Below are positions 23,850 to 37,319 of a DNA stretch of 64,000 bases, piece by piece. The stretch comes from Octopus bimaculoides. Lineage: Eukaryota. The DNA lies in assembly GCF_001194135.2 (NCBI RefSeq), contig NC_068998.1, forward strand, positions 35,959,959-36,023,958, written 5' to 3'. The notes below the pieces were generated by a model. The model was not told where the DNA came from. It saw nothing but the letters and a program-made list of their open reading frames with translations, and made no database searches. Position 1 is the stretch's first letter, and the number at the start of each line of letters is the position of its first letter. The position numbers were made by a program, and so were the translations under genes.

Positions 23850-24460
23850 TTTAATCAACGTTTTCTATAACAGTAGAGACTACGTTTGTCAAAAAGTCTG
23901 TAATTGCTAGTGGTTACACGGTACTGGTGACGCTCAAAAAGCAGAAATATAGATTTAGTAATTCCACTGTTGTTGTTGTTGGGCAATTTCGTCTGCTACT
24001 GTTACTTGTGCTTCCCAGCACTATATGTCTATATGAAGAGCTTTCTTGCGATGAATACTGCAGTTTTGTGGCTTTTTACAATATCAACATGTTAAGTAAG
24101 ATATACAAAATGCTATTTTGAACTAATGCTGCTTCTATCGCTAATAACGAATTTTTAACCAGCCTGCTATTATTTACGACACCAGTGTTTTGTCACTCAA
24201 TGTTTTCTACATAAGTAGAAGCTAAATTTGTCTAAGCATGTGGTTGCTAGTGGATATTTCTTATTGGTGACACTCAACGAAGTAGAAATCTTCACTTGGC
24301 CATTCTACTCCTGGATGCTTTGCGTTTGCTACTGATATTCATGTACTTTATAACACTATACGTCTAAATGAGATCCTTTCTCAGACTAATTCTTCAGTTT
24401 TGTAGCTTTCTACAGTATATCTACGTTAAAAAAGGCATACTGAAAGGTATTTTAATATGA
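23850..24460 (+). pseudogene. Decayed tandem duplication (~340-bp unit) of an apparently coding segment, product unknown
   Basis: Copy A VIASGYTVLVTL / SFVAFYNI versus copy B VVASGYFLLVTL / SFVAFYSI; anchors 340 and 334 bp apart; differences are enriched at third codon positions. Confidence 0.45.
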
Positions 24461-24834
24461 TATTTTAGTAATACATTAAGTTTTGTTTCCTAAACACATT
24501 TTGAACCAGTTTTGTTGACCATACTTCCTAAATAAAGATCTTGTTTGCTACAACACTTTTTATTTGCCACTTGAAGTATATCTCTTGGCATTCCGCAGTC
24601 ATAGAATAGCATCTTACATTCATCCGCAGCTAAGAGCATTTATATATTCCCACATTTGCACGACCTATTTCTCTTGGTATTCATTATGATTCAACACTCA
24701 AGATAAAATATTTCTTGTGAACGCAGTCATCCGTATCTGTAAAAAGCATCATCGTCATCATCATCGTCACGTTTTCTCCCCAAATCATTTCTATATCAAC
24801 AGTCATAACGCAACAGCGCTACCATCCTCTAAAG

Positions 24835-25110
24835 CAGGGGTTTTCAAACTTTTTGACTTGCGGACCCCTTTATATTTCAGGCTTTACCCTTATAAACGCT
24901 TATGAAATTTATACATAAATATTTGCTTAAAATAGCATATATTTTTACATTTATTTATTTAACAAATAGGTTTATTGTCAATTAAAAGATTTCGATTAAA
25001 AACCATATATAAAATCAAATTGCCCATAAAAAGTATTTGCTGTCCACAGACCCCCTGTCTTGTCCTTGCGGACCCCCTGTGATCCGCGGACCACAGTTTG
25101 AAAACCCCTG
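24835..25110. mobile_element. hAT (Charlie-like) MITE
   Basis: TIRs CAGGGGTTTTCAAACT / AGTTTGAAAACCCCTG (16 bp perfect); flanks CTCTAAAG / TGCTAAAA. Confidence 0.85.
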
Positions 25111-25377
25111 TGCTAAAAAGCAGTACTGTACATGATAATTGTAATCGAATGTCTACATCATGTAAGTGGTGTCCTTTGTTTCCGCTATTCCATGAAATGT
25201 CTGGTCATGGGGAAATATTACCTTACTTGGAAATAGGCGAGGGTTGGCAACAGGAAGGACATCCAGTTGCAGAATATGCATATAAACAAAATTCCATCTG
25301 ACCCATGCAGGTATGGAAAAGTGGACGTTAATATGATGATAAATACATATAAATACATATATATATAGAGAGATTTA

Positions 25378-25432
<55 letters not shown>

Positions 25433-26014
25433 NNNNNNNNNNNNNNNNNNNNNNNNNNNNNNNNNNNNNNNNNNNNNNNNNNNNNNNNNNNNNNNNNNNN
25501 NNNNNNNNNNNNNNNNNNNNNNNNNNNNNNNNNNNNNNNNNNNNNNNNNNNNNNNNNNNNNNNNNNNNNNNNNNNNNNNNNNNNNNNNNNNNNNNNNNNN
25601 NNNNNNNNNNNNNNNNNNNNNNNNNNNNNNNNNNNNNNNNNNNNNNNNNNNNNNNNNNNNNNNNNNNNNNNNNNNNNNNNNNNNNNNNNNNNNNNNNNNN
25701 NNNNNNNNNNNNNNNNNNNNNNNNNNNNNNNNNNNNNNNNNNNNNNNNNNNNNNNNNNNNNNNNNNNNNNNNNNNNNNNNNNNNNNNNNNNNNNNNNNNN
25801 NNNNNNNNNNNNNNNNNNNNNNNNNNNNNNNNNNNNNNNNNNNNNNNNNNNNNNNNNNNNNNNNNNNNNNNNNNNNNNNNNNNNNNNNNNNNNNNNNNNN
25901 NNNNNNNNNNNNNNNNNNNNNNNNNNNNNNNNNNNNNNNNNNNNNNNNNNNNNNNNNNNNNNNNTATATATATTTATTTATATTTATTTATATTTATTTA
26001 TACACGCACGCACT

Positions 26015-26078
<64 letters not shown>

Positions 26079-26239
26079 CGACGAGCTTCTTTCAGTTTCC
26101 GTCTACCAAAAGTACACCCACAAGTCTTTGGTCTGCCCGAATCTATAGTAGACGACATTTGCCTTAGGGCAGTGGGACAGAACTCGGAGCCATATTGGTA
26201 GGCAAGTTACTTACACAAAGCCACTTCTAAATATATATT

Positions 26240-26443
26240 CTTTTATTCTTCTTTTGTTTCTCTAATTTGACTGCAGCCTTTAGTCGAGCAAATCGACCTC
26301 AGGACTTATATTTTGTAAGCCTAGTACATATTCTATCGGTCACTTTTGCTGAACCGGTAAGTTACGGGGAAGTAAACACACCAGTATCAGCTGTCAAGCG
26401 ATATTGGGGAACAAAAACAGGCACACAAACATATATACACACA

Positions 26444-26478
<35 letters not shown>

Positions 26479-26640
26479 GACAGGTTTCTTTTAGTTTCCA
26501 TCTACCAAATTCACTCACAAGGATTTGGTCGGTCCGAGGCTATAGTAGAAGACACTAGTCCAATGTGCCACACAATAGTACTGAACCTGGAACCATGTTG
26601 TTGGTAAGTAGGCTACTTAACACTCCTGCACCTATATCTA
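26240..26640 (-). mobile_element. OR-type tRNA SINE, with another head at 26078-26230
   Basis: Complete head-microsatellite-tail structure. Confidence 0.85.
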
Positions 26641-27297
26641 CATATATATGTGTGTGTGTGTGTGTTTGTGTATATATATATANNNNNNNNNNNNNNNNNN
26701 NNNNNNNNNNNNNNNNNNNNNNNNNNNNNNNNNNNNNNNNNNNNNNNNNNNNNNNNNNNNNNNNNNNNNNNNNNNNNNNNNNCTATGCTCTTTGACAGAA
26801 AGGAACACAGAAATAAGCAGGGAGAGAAAATAGTAAAAGGTTTAGTGGCTAGCGATCTGTTATGGTGAATGCCACACAGAGGGCTCACACAGGAGAGCTA
26901 GGAAGAAGGGGAGATCAATGAGAAAGGGGAAGAAAAAGAGAAGAGAAGACAAAAGGGAAAAAGAAAGGGAGGGAGAGAGAGGCAAGGTAACAAGAATGGA
27001 TTGAGAGAAATGACAATAGGAAAAATTAGAAAGTACAAATAAGTTTAGAAAAGTTCAAAAGGTTCAAACATTGTAGTATATTGGAGCAATTTCTCATCAA
27101 AGGAAGAGTCCAGGGTAATCCATTGGTAGGAGAGGTGTAGCCGAAGTGTAGGAGTTCATGTGTAGGAGAGTAGAAGAGAATCCAGGTAGAATAGTCCAAG
27201 AAAAGTTCAAAGTGGAGGTGGAGACAAGATAAAACTGGTGTGACCATACATATATATCTATACACACACATACATACATATATATACACACACACAC

Positions 27298-27350
<53 letters not shown>

Positions 27351-28552
27351 TATATATATATATGTATATGGCTCGTCCTCCTAGCGTTCATAATAATTTT
27401 TCTATTGTCTTGACTCAACAGCCCTCACCGTTTGTTTTTACTGTCTTGTTCTCACTGTCCTGTTCTTGTTACCACTTTCACCCGCCGCAAAAAATCCCAA
27501 ATTTTATTTAATTTGCTTTGCGGGAAGGACTGTTTCAGCGGAGTTGCGTATTGTCCTTATCTTTGAAATGCGGAGTAGATGAAACAGGGACAACTGACAA
27601 AGGGGTATACTCTTTATGTTGCATGTCTCGTTTCTCTGTTTTTTCGTTGTTTGAAAAAAGTTTGTTTCCTATGTTTTCGTTTTTGTTTCTCATTGTGTTT
27701 AACATTTTTTGATATCCTGTACCCATATATGCATGCATATATACATATATATGTAGGTATGTACATATATGTATGTATATATGCATATATTTATATTATT
27801 ATATGTATGTGTATATATATATACAAACATATATATTGTTTGTATCTGTGTGTGTGTGTGTGAATCTTTTGTTTGTGTTTGTCCCACCACCACCACCCTA
27901 CAACTTGTGTTTCTCCCACCACCGCCACCCTACAACTTGTGTTGGTTTGTTTACACTCCTCTAACTTGGCAGTAGAATACCAGACTTTAAAGTAAATAAG
28001 TACTGAGGTTGATTTGTTCAATTAAAACCTCGAAGATGGTACCCCACTATGGCCATTGTCCAGCGACTAAAAAGGTTAAAAATAAAGAATAAATATCGTA
28101 TGAAAGAATATTCTTAAGATTTTGGTAAACATTTGATGATGAAGAATGATTTCATGGATGGAATGCTTGTGTTTGATGTTTGTTTTGTAACCACCTGGTC
28201 TGGTAGGGTTGATCCAGGGTATAACACGATGGCCAAATGTCTCATACATAATTTCATATTAACCAATACTTTGTGAAAGAAATTTCGTTTAGAGTTGATG
28301 ATTCCTCAAGCAGAAATAGAATTTATTGTTATCTGAGGAACTAACAATACATCAGTGAAACACCAGAGTAACCTGTTATTGGGTCAGTTTCAATAAACTA
28401 TAAGATATTATATCCCAATGTCGCATGCAATGTGCAGTGCTTGTATGTGTGTATTGCATATGTGCACAAATATTGAAATTCTACATTTCTACTTGTCTCT
28501 GATCTAATTGGTGTTGTTGTTACGTTCCTTGTTGATGTTTTGACTGGTCACT

Positions 28553-28763
28553 TTAACCTTTCAGCATTTAAACTGGCCATATCCAACCATAATATTCTAT
28601 TTGTTTTATGTTCAAACTGGCAAAATACAGTCTCTTATACCTATGCTACTATGTCATACTAAAAGTAAACAATCTCATAATTGAAATCTTAAAATTACAA
28701 GTTAATGCATGTCTAATTCAAAACAACATAAATAAATAAACTAATCTGAATGCTAGAGGTTAA
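28553..28763. mobile_element. piggyBac-type (TTAA) MITE; further copies at 35729-35957, 49145-49593 and (partial) 32690-32840
   Basis: TTAA|CCTTTCAGCATTTAAA ... TCTGAATGCTAGAGG|TTAA termini. Confidence 0.8.
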
Positions 28764-30195
28764 GGTGATGAGCTGGCAGAATCATTAGCACACCAGGCAA
28801 AATGGTTAGTGATATTTTGTCTGTCTTTACATTCTGAGGTCAAATTCTGCCAAGGTCAACTTTACCTTTCGTTCTTTTGGGGTCGATAAAATATGTACCA
28901 GTTGAACACTGGAGTTGATGTAATCGACTTACCTCTCCGCCAAAATTACTGACCTTGTGCTGTGCTTTTGAAGATCTGTAAATTAAAAAAAGACCCTTAC
29001 TGAAAGTTTGGTGACAGGGAGAGCAACCTTTCGTACAATACTGGTTTAAGTAATTCTCCTTCCAACCTGTACAAGCATGGAAAAACAGACATTAAACAAA
29101 AGAATGTATGTGTGGCCACACCTGTTTAAACTGACACTGATATAAATCTAAAGCCAGGTGTTGTTGTTGTTGTGATCCTCTGTGAATGTTAAAAGTAATT
29201 ATGAAATAGTTATTTGAACAACTACAGTTCAAAAAGCTAACTTGCCCTCTTGAACTTGATTATCTTTTTTTTTTTTTTGTAAATGTTAGTAAGTTATTAC
29301 TTTTGTTAAACTCTATCATTATTAATGTTTTTTTTAGCATATATATTTTATTTATATACCTACTTATTTGATTACAAAAAATTCCTGTATATGGTTTGTT
29401 CAACCTACTAGAAATATATATATCATACCCTGCCACCATCTTTAAAGAGAGTGAATGACTTGTAAGATAATGAAGTCTTAGGTACAGTATATCTTCATCA
29501 TTCTTCATCATCATTATCATTATTTCTACATTTGCTTTTCTTTGCTTATATGGGGCAGGTGGATCCTTTCCAACACACCGTCTCACCATTTGTTGCAGTC
29601 CTTTATCATCTCTTTTGTGAAATTCAGTATTCTGAGATTGGCTTTCACTACCGCTGCCAATATTTTCTTGGTCTTCCTTTTCTACAGTTTCCTTCAACAC
29701 AATAATAGGGTGGTCACTACTGCAATACCTTTGATTATATATAATAAGTCTGCTTGATCAAAGCTGACCTGGGGCTATACAACAACAATCAAGGATTAAG
29801 TAAAAGGAAAGCATTGTATGTAAATATATTTACTGACCTTGTAAAATCTAGTGTTAAGTGTTTCATGTGATGCTTATATAATAATCTTATATCAAAATAT
29901 ACACCTAAGTATATATTTAACCAACTAGAATAAATGATTGTGTTAGCACTCAAATGTTTAGATTTGGGGTTATCTAATATTTTCTTTATTACGGTTGGAG
30001 GAGATTCTAGTAACTGACAGCCAATAACACAAGTATTTAAAGTTTGCATTAATTGTATTTATAAACAAATGTCATTGCTTGCATGATGGTTACATTTGTT
30101 TACAACTATTATATAATAGTTCATATGAAATCAAGACAAGGAGACAAACACACACACACACACACACACACATACTTAACTACATATATGTATGT

Positions 30196-30730
30196 GTAGC
30201 TGTGAGGTAAGAAGCTTCCTTCTCAACCATATGGTTCTGGGTTCAGACCACTGTGTAGCACATTGAGCAAGTGTCTTCTATTGAAGCCTTGTGAGTGAAT
30301 TTGGTCAACAGAAACTGAAAGAAGCTCGTTGTATGTGTGTGTGTCTTTGTGCCTGTGTTTGCCTCCCACAACCACTTGACAACTGGTGTTGGTGTGTTTA
30401 TGTCCCTATAACTTAGCAGTTCAGCAAAAGAAACCAATAGAATAAGTACCAGGCTTGAAAAAAAATAAAACTGGGGTCGATTCATTTGACTAAAAAATTT
30501 TCAATGTGGTGCCTCAGCATGGCCAGTCTAATGACTGAAACAAGTAAAAGATAAAAGATATGACAAGCTTCTTTCAGCTAGTTTACATCTACCAGATCCA
30601 TTCAAATGGCTTTGGTCAGCTTGAGACTCTGGTAGAAGGTACTTGCTGAAGGTGTCATAGTCTGGGACTGAACCTGAGACCATATGGTGCAGGGAACAAA
30701 CTTCTTACTTCACAGCCCACACCTGTGCCT
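30196..30730. mobile_element. OR-type SINE (+, 30196-30560) abutting a second SINE head (-, 30560-30730)
   Basis: Family similarity; CpG sites are mostly converted to TG/CA. Confidence 0.8.
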
Positions 30731-30884
30731 GTTATAGTCATTTGTAAATGAGCAATAATTCTCCTCCACCTTGGACATGATATTAGTCTTTCATGGGTAA
30801 TCTTCCCAGAAAATAAAAACAGGATGCCTACCTATTCCTCTCAGTTGGATGAAATGGTGTTATATATATAACCATCTTATTCAT

Positions 30885-31480
30885 CATCATCATCATCATT
30901 GTTTAACGTCCACTTTCCATGCTAGCATGGGTTGGACGATTTGACTGAGGACTGGTGAACCAGAAGGCTACACCAGGCTCCAATCTGATTTGGCAGAGTT
31001 TCTACAGCTGGATGCCCTTCCTAACGCCAACCACTCCGAGAGTGTAGTGGATGCTTTTACGTGCCATTGGCACGAAGGCCAGTCAGGCGGTACTGGCAAC
31101 GACCACGCACCTGCACAGGAGCCAGTCCAGTGGCACTGGGAACGATCTCGCTCGAATTTCTTTACAGGTGCCATCACGATTTCGCTTTCGCTTGCCCCAA
31201 CAGGTCTTCGCAAGCCGAGTTTCGTGTTCAATGAAGGAGACGACAATTGCATGGGTGCCAGTCGTCGAGTTTAGTTCAATTTCCATTTCACTTGCCTCAA
31301 CAGGTCTTCGCAAGCGGAGTTTAGTGTCCAATGAAGGAAAGGTACGCATAAGTGGGCTGGCTACACCCCTGGCAGAGGCCTTGGATTTAGGTCTCACTTG
31401 GCTTGCTGGGTCTTCTCACGCACAACATATTTCCAAAGGTCTCGGTCGGAAGTCATCACCTCAGTGAGGCCCAATGTTTT
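30885..31480 (-). mobile_element. RTE-LINE 3' end or derived SINE with a (GAT)n tail; other copies at 25190-25340(+), 38875-39005(-), 47370-47515(+), 48160-48310(+), 48625-49000(-), 50085-50260(-), 52455-52580(-), 59540-59660(-), 62515-62680(+)
   Basis: Shared block CATCATCAT..TTTAACGTCCACTTTCCATGCTAGCATGGGTTGGACG..GCTGGATGCCCTTCCTAACGCCAACCAC; 30895-31080 and 48625-48810 are highly similar. Confidence 0.8.
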
Positions 31481-32019
31481 ATGCTAAAACAAATTAGGAT
31501 AAAACAAGGTTTAAAATCACATCCCATTAACCAAGCAGTTCAAAATACTTTCTACTCGTCTACTTTTACATCAAGAAAAAGAAGGCCCTTTGTCTTAAAC
31601 CAATTGTCTTAAAGTATATTTTACATGGCATTTTATATTTTTATATTCATTTTGTGAACCCTTATAATTATTTAAAACAACTTCAGATTATTTTGATATT
31701 GTTTCCTTAATGATCTTATCTAAATAAGTTTGAAGGAGTTACTGCCTATTTAGATATGTGCTTCAGTTGAACTACATTATAGTATTGACAATCTCTTTTC
31801 TTTTGTTTTTTCTTTCTTCCCTTTTCTTGAGACTGATAAAGCTGGTTCTCCAAGATTAGTTGGTATAGGCAGAATGTAGGGTATTAACATTTTGTGAAGT
31901 TTTTGTTTTTTTTTCTTTGTCACAGCTTTTTGATTTCGAGCTAATTACTCAACTTTTTTGGGTTTATCTTAGTTACTGGTATTAATTAAAAATATAATTG
32001 TTACCAAGAAGAAAAATAG

Positions 32020-32211
32020 TCTGTTATTTGCTTCAGTCATTTGACTGCGGCCATGCTGGAGCACCAGCTTTAGTTGAACAAATCAACCCCAAAACTTATT
32101 CTTTGTAAGCCTAGTACTTATTCTATCAGTCCCTTTTGCTGAACTGCTAAGTTATGGGGATGTAAACACACCAACATCAGTTGTTAAGCAATGCTGGGTG
32201 GACAAACACAG

Positions 32212-32244
<33 letters not shown>

Positions 32245-32490
32245 TACATATATATATGACAGGCTTCTTTCAGTTTCCATCTACCAAATCCACTCACAAG
32301 GCTTTTATTGGCCCAAGGCTATAATAGAAGACACTTGCTTAACGTGCCACACAGTAGGACTGAACCTGGAACCATGTGGTTGGCAACCAAGCTACTTACC
32401 ACACAGCCACCCCTATACCTACAGCTACATACCACACAGCCACGCCTATGCCTATAGCTACTTACCACACAGCCACGCCTGTACCCATTT
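32020..32490 (-). mobile_element. OR-type tRNA SINE with a triplicated 5' end
   Basis: Full SINE; three 33-bp units GCTACTTACCACACAGCCAC.. at 32391, 32424 and 32457. Confidence 0.9.
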
Positions 32491-33164
32491 ACTATCATAT
32501 AATAATTTTCCTGAATAGAGCTATTTATTCAAGGTGAAACATTTTCTTTTCAGTTATTTAACTGAATTACCTCTATTAAAATGTTATTGATTATCATAGA
32601 AATTAATGTCGATTTTATTGATTTTTTTTAGATGTGATATTTCCTAGCTATGAAGTATTGCTATTTGGTTGAAATGATCTAGTGAGTTAGGTACTAGCCT
32701 TTCACTCCGTAACTGCAATGTCATTCGAAAAATAAACGTCATAAAAATCTGGAAGCCATAAAATAACGCATGAGTAATTCAAAATAATGTGAATGAATAA
32801 TCGTTACATTTGCCAGATTAATCTGAATGCTAAAGTGTTACACCTGCTTTACTTGTCTTTATGTAGGAAAACTCAACCATATCTTTGTTCATCGAGTGGC
32901 ATAAATGCTAGCATGGAAAGCGGATGTTAAACGATGATGATGATGATGATGATACATAACAGGTGGGTAAGTAGGTGGGTTAGGTCTGTCCAAAAAGAAA
33001 TAAAGTGAGGTTTTAAAACAGCATGCCAACTATCTGGTGTATGCAGCTGTTCTGTGCTTACAACTGCAGTGCTGTACACTGGTAACCTTGATATTAATAG
33101 CCATGTCATGCTGCATCACTCAGTAGTCTGTGTATAGTTTTCATGATCATTTGAATAAGGAAGA

Positions 33165-33990
33165 TTTAGAGAGGCAACATGTTTGTGTGAAATTTCTGTT
33201 TCAAATTAAGAACTTCTACAGAGACTTTTATAAAGCTGTGTGCCTGGCTTTGGGGAGTGGAGATTTCTTGAGCAGTATATAGTGTTAGAATCTGTGCCAG
33301 CATTTCAAATTGGGAGAAATATCCACGAAAGATGATCCCATATCTGGATGACCTTCCGTGACCATCAATAGCAGCCACGGTGCAAAGGGAATTGGTACCT
33401 GGTTTGTAAAGTTCCCAAACAAGGAGGCAATAGTATAAGTTTGTGCCATATGATTTCAAAGGAAAAATTTCAGATGTCTCATATCACAAACTTTGTGCCA
33501 TTTCTACTGACAGAGGAACCAAAACAAAACTGAGTCATGAGTTGCTGAGTCAGGAGCTGTTTGAGCATTTTAATATTGATGAATATTTTCTGAAAACCTA
33601 TAAGATGATAAAATGCATCATCTATTCAGCTATGATGGCAACACAAAAATGCTGTTATTGTGTGGGTAAGATCATTGTTCCTGAAACCAAAAGAAAAGAA
33701 CACTGGACTCATTGAAATGTGAAGATAATATTGATTGTCCTCTTTTAATTGGAAGGGCATCATTTGTCATGATTTGTTCCATATGATCAGATGATCAATA
33801 AAATGTTTTACCTGGTTGTTTTGAGGTATGGACAAACAAAAATTAAATACTGCACTGTGACTTTGCATATTCCTCTCTGATGCAACATGCCTTCACAGAG
33901 ACTTTTTGGCTAAACACAAGACAACTCTCATCCCCCACTTAACCTCTGATTTGGCTCCTGTGGGCTTTTTTCATATTTTCTAACAAATAG
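33165..33990 (+). mobile_element. Old mariner remnant (QRVCVKFC-type N-terminus)
   Basis: RQHVCVKFLFQ; KDDPISGxPSVT; KFVPYD; GIICHDLFxYDQMINKMFYL; FLAKHKTTLIP..SDLAP.GFF; many frameshifts. Confidence 0.75.
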
Positions 33991-36900
33991 TAGAATTACA
34001 AAATCCTAGTAAAACCCTTCTCATACTATACATACTGCCAAACACCAGCAACAACCATCAACTAATGGCTGTTGCTAATGTTTGGCAGTGTGTTCCATGT
34101 ATATGTACCCTACATATGTAAGCACATATGGATCCCAAATTGGTTTGCATGTGCACATAAATGCGTATTCCTGGTGGACAGGATAAGAAGGATGAATCCA
34201 TGCATAGGTTTTTGTTTCCTTCTATAGAGAGAGTCATGACTGAAAGAGAGGAGGACTACCAACTGAGGGATTAGCAGTTCATATACTGGCACCAGTGTTG
34301 CCCTGTATCCATGGTAAAGACATGTAGCTCTCAAAGTACCCAGTTCACCTGACTGTAAGTAGGTAATGCCTGTTGTCATAGCATACTATAAGTAGCAGGA
34401 TATTCTAAAGTTGATGTGTTTTGTGAAGTTACACTTCTGAGTTGTTCCTCTTCCCAGATTTTGTCCATTTTCGAGAGAAGTTGCTACTAGTTACTTTTGA
34501 AGTCTTCTTTGAACAGTAAGATATCAGTTTAGCTGGAAAGAAACAATGCAGTTATTAATAAGAAGCGTTGAAATTAATGCATACAAGATTTCACAGGTCT
34601 AACATCACTCATTCATAGCCAGCCTATGAACTTTTCTGCCCACCCTCATATACATGCATAGCTGTATAATTAAGTGGCTTGTGTGTGTGTCTGTATGAAT
34701 GTGTGCATATATATGCTTTTGTTTGTAGGTGTCAGTCTTCATATAAACAATACAATACTGCCTGAACATGTGAATGAACTGTATACATATGCAATACATA
34801 TTATAACTGTATAAGACAATAGAATGTACATGGAAATATGTAAGAGGAATTTCTAAGCCACACATCTGCTTCTTATTTCTTCAAATACCCTACTACATTA
34901 TGCATGCTATTATGTTTTAATTAAAATCAAATTCATAAAGCAAAAATATTTTGTTTACAAATGAAACTCAAAAACATTTTTGTTTACATTTAGTTAGGAG
35001 ACGGATGTTAAAGCGGTTTGCTTGGTATTATTTATTACAAGGTCAACTTTGATTAAGTAGTGCTATGGTCAAAAACATTCCAGTTGTGACAATCCAGTTG
35101 GACTATGTTATCTTATGTTTTATCTTTTACTTGTTTCAGTCTTCTGATTGTGGCCATGCTGGGGCACTGCCTTCAAGGGATTTTTAGTTAAACAAATTAA
35201 CTTCAGGATTTATTTTTTAAAGCTTTGGTCATAGATTATACACTTTCTCAACTCACGTAATATTTAATTTTTACAGGGAAGATCTAATGTTGATTATTAT
35301 AGTTTACCAGCCCCTGATGAATGAAACATGGAGTGTGTCTTAACAGAGTTTAAGTGTGAGACCAAGAAGATCAGAACTGAATTAAGATAAATAATCCAGT
35401 AATGGATTGAGTCCTGTACTTTTTTGAATGACTTATTCAGAAAAATGCACCTATACCTCAATATATTTTTTAAGTGTTAATCAGGAGTGTCTTGGCAATG
35501 CCCATGAATTTTGCTACTCACCTCCACACCTGACTGATGAGAATGATTTGGTTGATGTTCAGCTTGAACACAAGTCAATATCCTTATTTGTAGGAAGAAA
35601 CATGGGCATGGAGTGAATTTTGCAAGATAAAGCAAAGCTTCAGCAGGACTTATTAGGGTATAAAACTATGTAAATCGACAAATGTGAGACAAAGGGTGAT
35701 CAGTGTCAAGTGATTGACTTCAATTATTTTAATCCTTTAGCATTTAAACTAGCCATTCTGACCCAAATATTCCACCTATTTTATGGTTGAGCCATCCGGA
35801 TCAGGCCTGTCACACCTACCCTACAAAGTCATTCTGAAAATAAACAATCACATCATCAAAATCTCAAAGCTATGAGATAATGCATGATTAATTAAAAAAA
35901 ATTGTGAATGTCTAAGCTTTACATTTGAACAGAGGAATCTGAATGTTAAAGGGTCATAGCTTACTCACTTCTGTAGTCAAGAAATCAAAAAGCTCACCGG
36001 GTGTCTTGTATTCCACTGCATGCCTTAATTTGCCTATCTGATGATGATGGTTCCATTTTGATTACATAGATGAGTGGTTAATAGCAGAAAGAGCATTTAG
36101 CAAATTATATGCAAATATCGAATTTGCCATCCTCCTTTTACCATCACCACTACTAAATCATGCTGGTATGAAAGAAACAGATTATTTTCAAAATTAAGTA
36201 AAACACCTCAGATATTTCACCAGAAACAGGGCTAATGAAAGATTAATAATCAGAACCTCAGTCCAGAATGAAAGCGTCTGGAATGGTTAATTCCAGAATA
36301 ACTTGGTAGAATTGATAGAGTATCAAAGGAAATATTTGGCAGTATCTAGTTGTAGCCCTTCAAGTTCAAATCACACTGATGTCGATTTTTTTTTTCCTTT
36401 TATTTTTACAGGGGTCAATAAAATAAAAATACCTATTTGAGTCAATATAAGGCCTGTACCCTTCAAATTTTTAGATCTAAGTCTAAGTGGGTGGTTATAT
36501 GCCTTGTATTAATTGCCATCTCTAGAGGGAACCACATATTATTTTATTGGATTTTACGAAATTATTCAAAATTTATTCTTTTCAAAATTAATTAGAAATA
36601 AGGTCAGGAAGGAGATAAGTGCCAGTACCTCCTTCCATTCCGAAGATTTGTGCCAATGTCCAAAATTCTCATCATTATCACCATCACCATCAGATACATT
36701 GGTCTTTTTTTTCTTTTTTTTTTCATTTCTGAGAATATATGGGTGAACTGTATCTTAATCCTCCATCATTTGTTAACCCTTCAATAAACCCTAGTTTCTG
36801 AAAGGTCATACCTGAATTGACCGCTAACAAAGTAGTTACTGTCATTTATTATTATTATTATCTTGACTCTCTCCCTCTCCCCACCCCTTCTCTCTTCTTT

Positions 36901-37287
36901 CCTCTCTCTCTCTCTTTCTTTCCCTTATCTTTCTCTCTCTCTCCACTTTTTGTTAATCACTTTCAGCAGCAGTAAGTTCTAGTTCCATTTCCTCTGTAAA
37001 CATTATCTATAAATTAACCCCCTAAACATGTATAAACTAACTATTCCTGCCCTCCTACTTCCCCTCTCTCAACTTCGCTACTCCTTTACATTTTCTTTCC
37101 CTTCTATAAATTCAAATATAATTTGATATAAACATTTCAATTAGCCTATATTGAAATATGCCATTGCCACTTGGTTTTCTTTGTGGTGGTGTTTGTATGG
37201 CTGTGGCGGTAGTGATGGCCATGGTGTTGTTTTTGTTATTGGTGGTGACGATGGTTGTGGTCATGGTGGTGGTGTTGGTGATGGTTG

Positions 37288-37319
<32 letters not shown>

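Noticed and set aside
27545-27592. TTGAAA-tgcggagta-gatGAAAC in a PLE-LTR-like repeat (27370-27715)
   Set aside because: Core lacks A9, stem II is only 3 bp and no GUH/stem I partner follows; too degenerate to call.
29260-29700. 146-aa minus-strand ORF
   Set aside because: No recognisable domain or splice signals; includes a (GAT)n tract and AT-rich filler.
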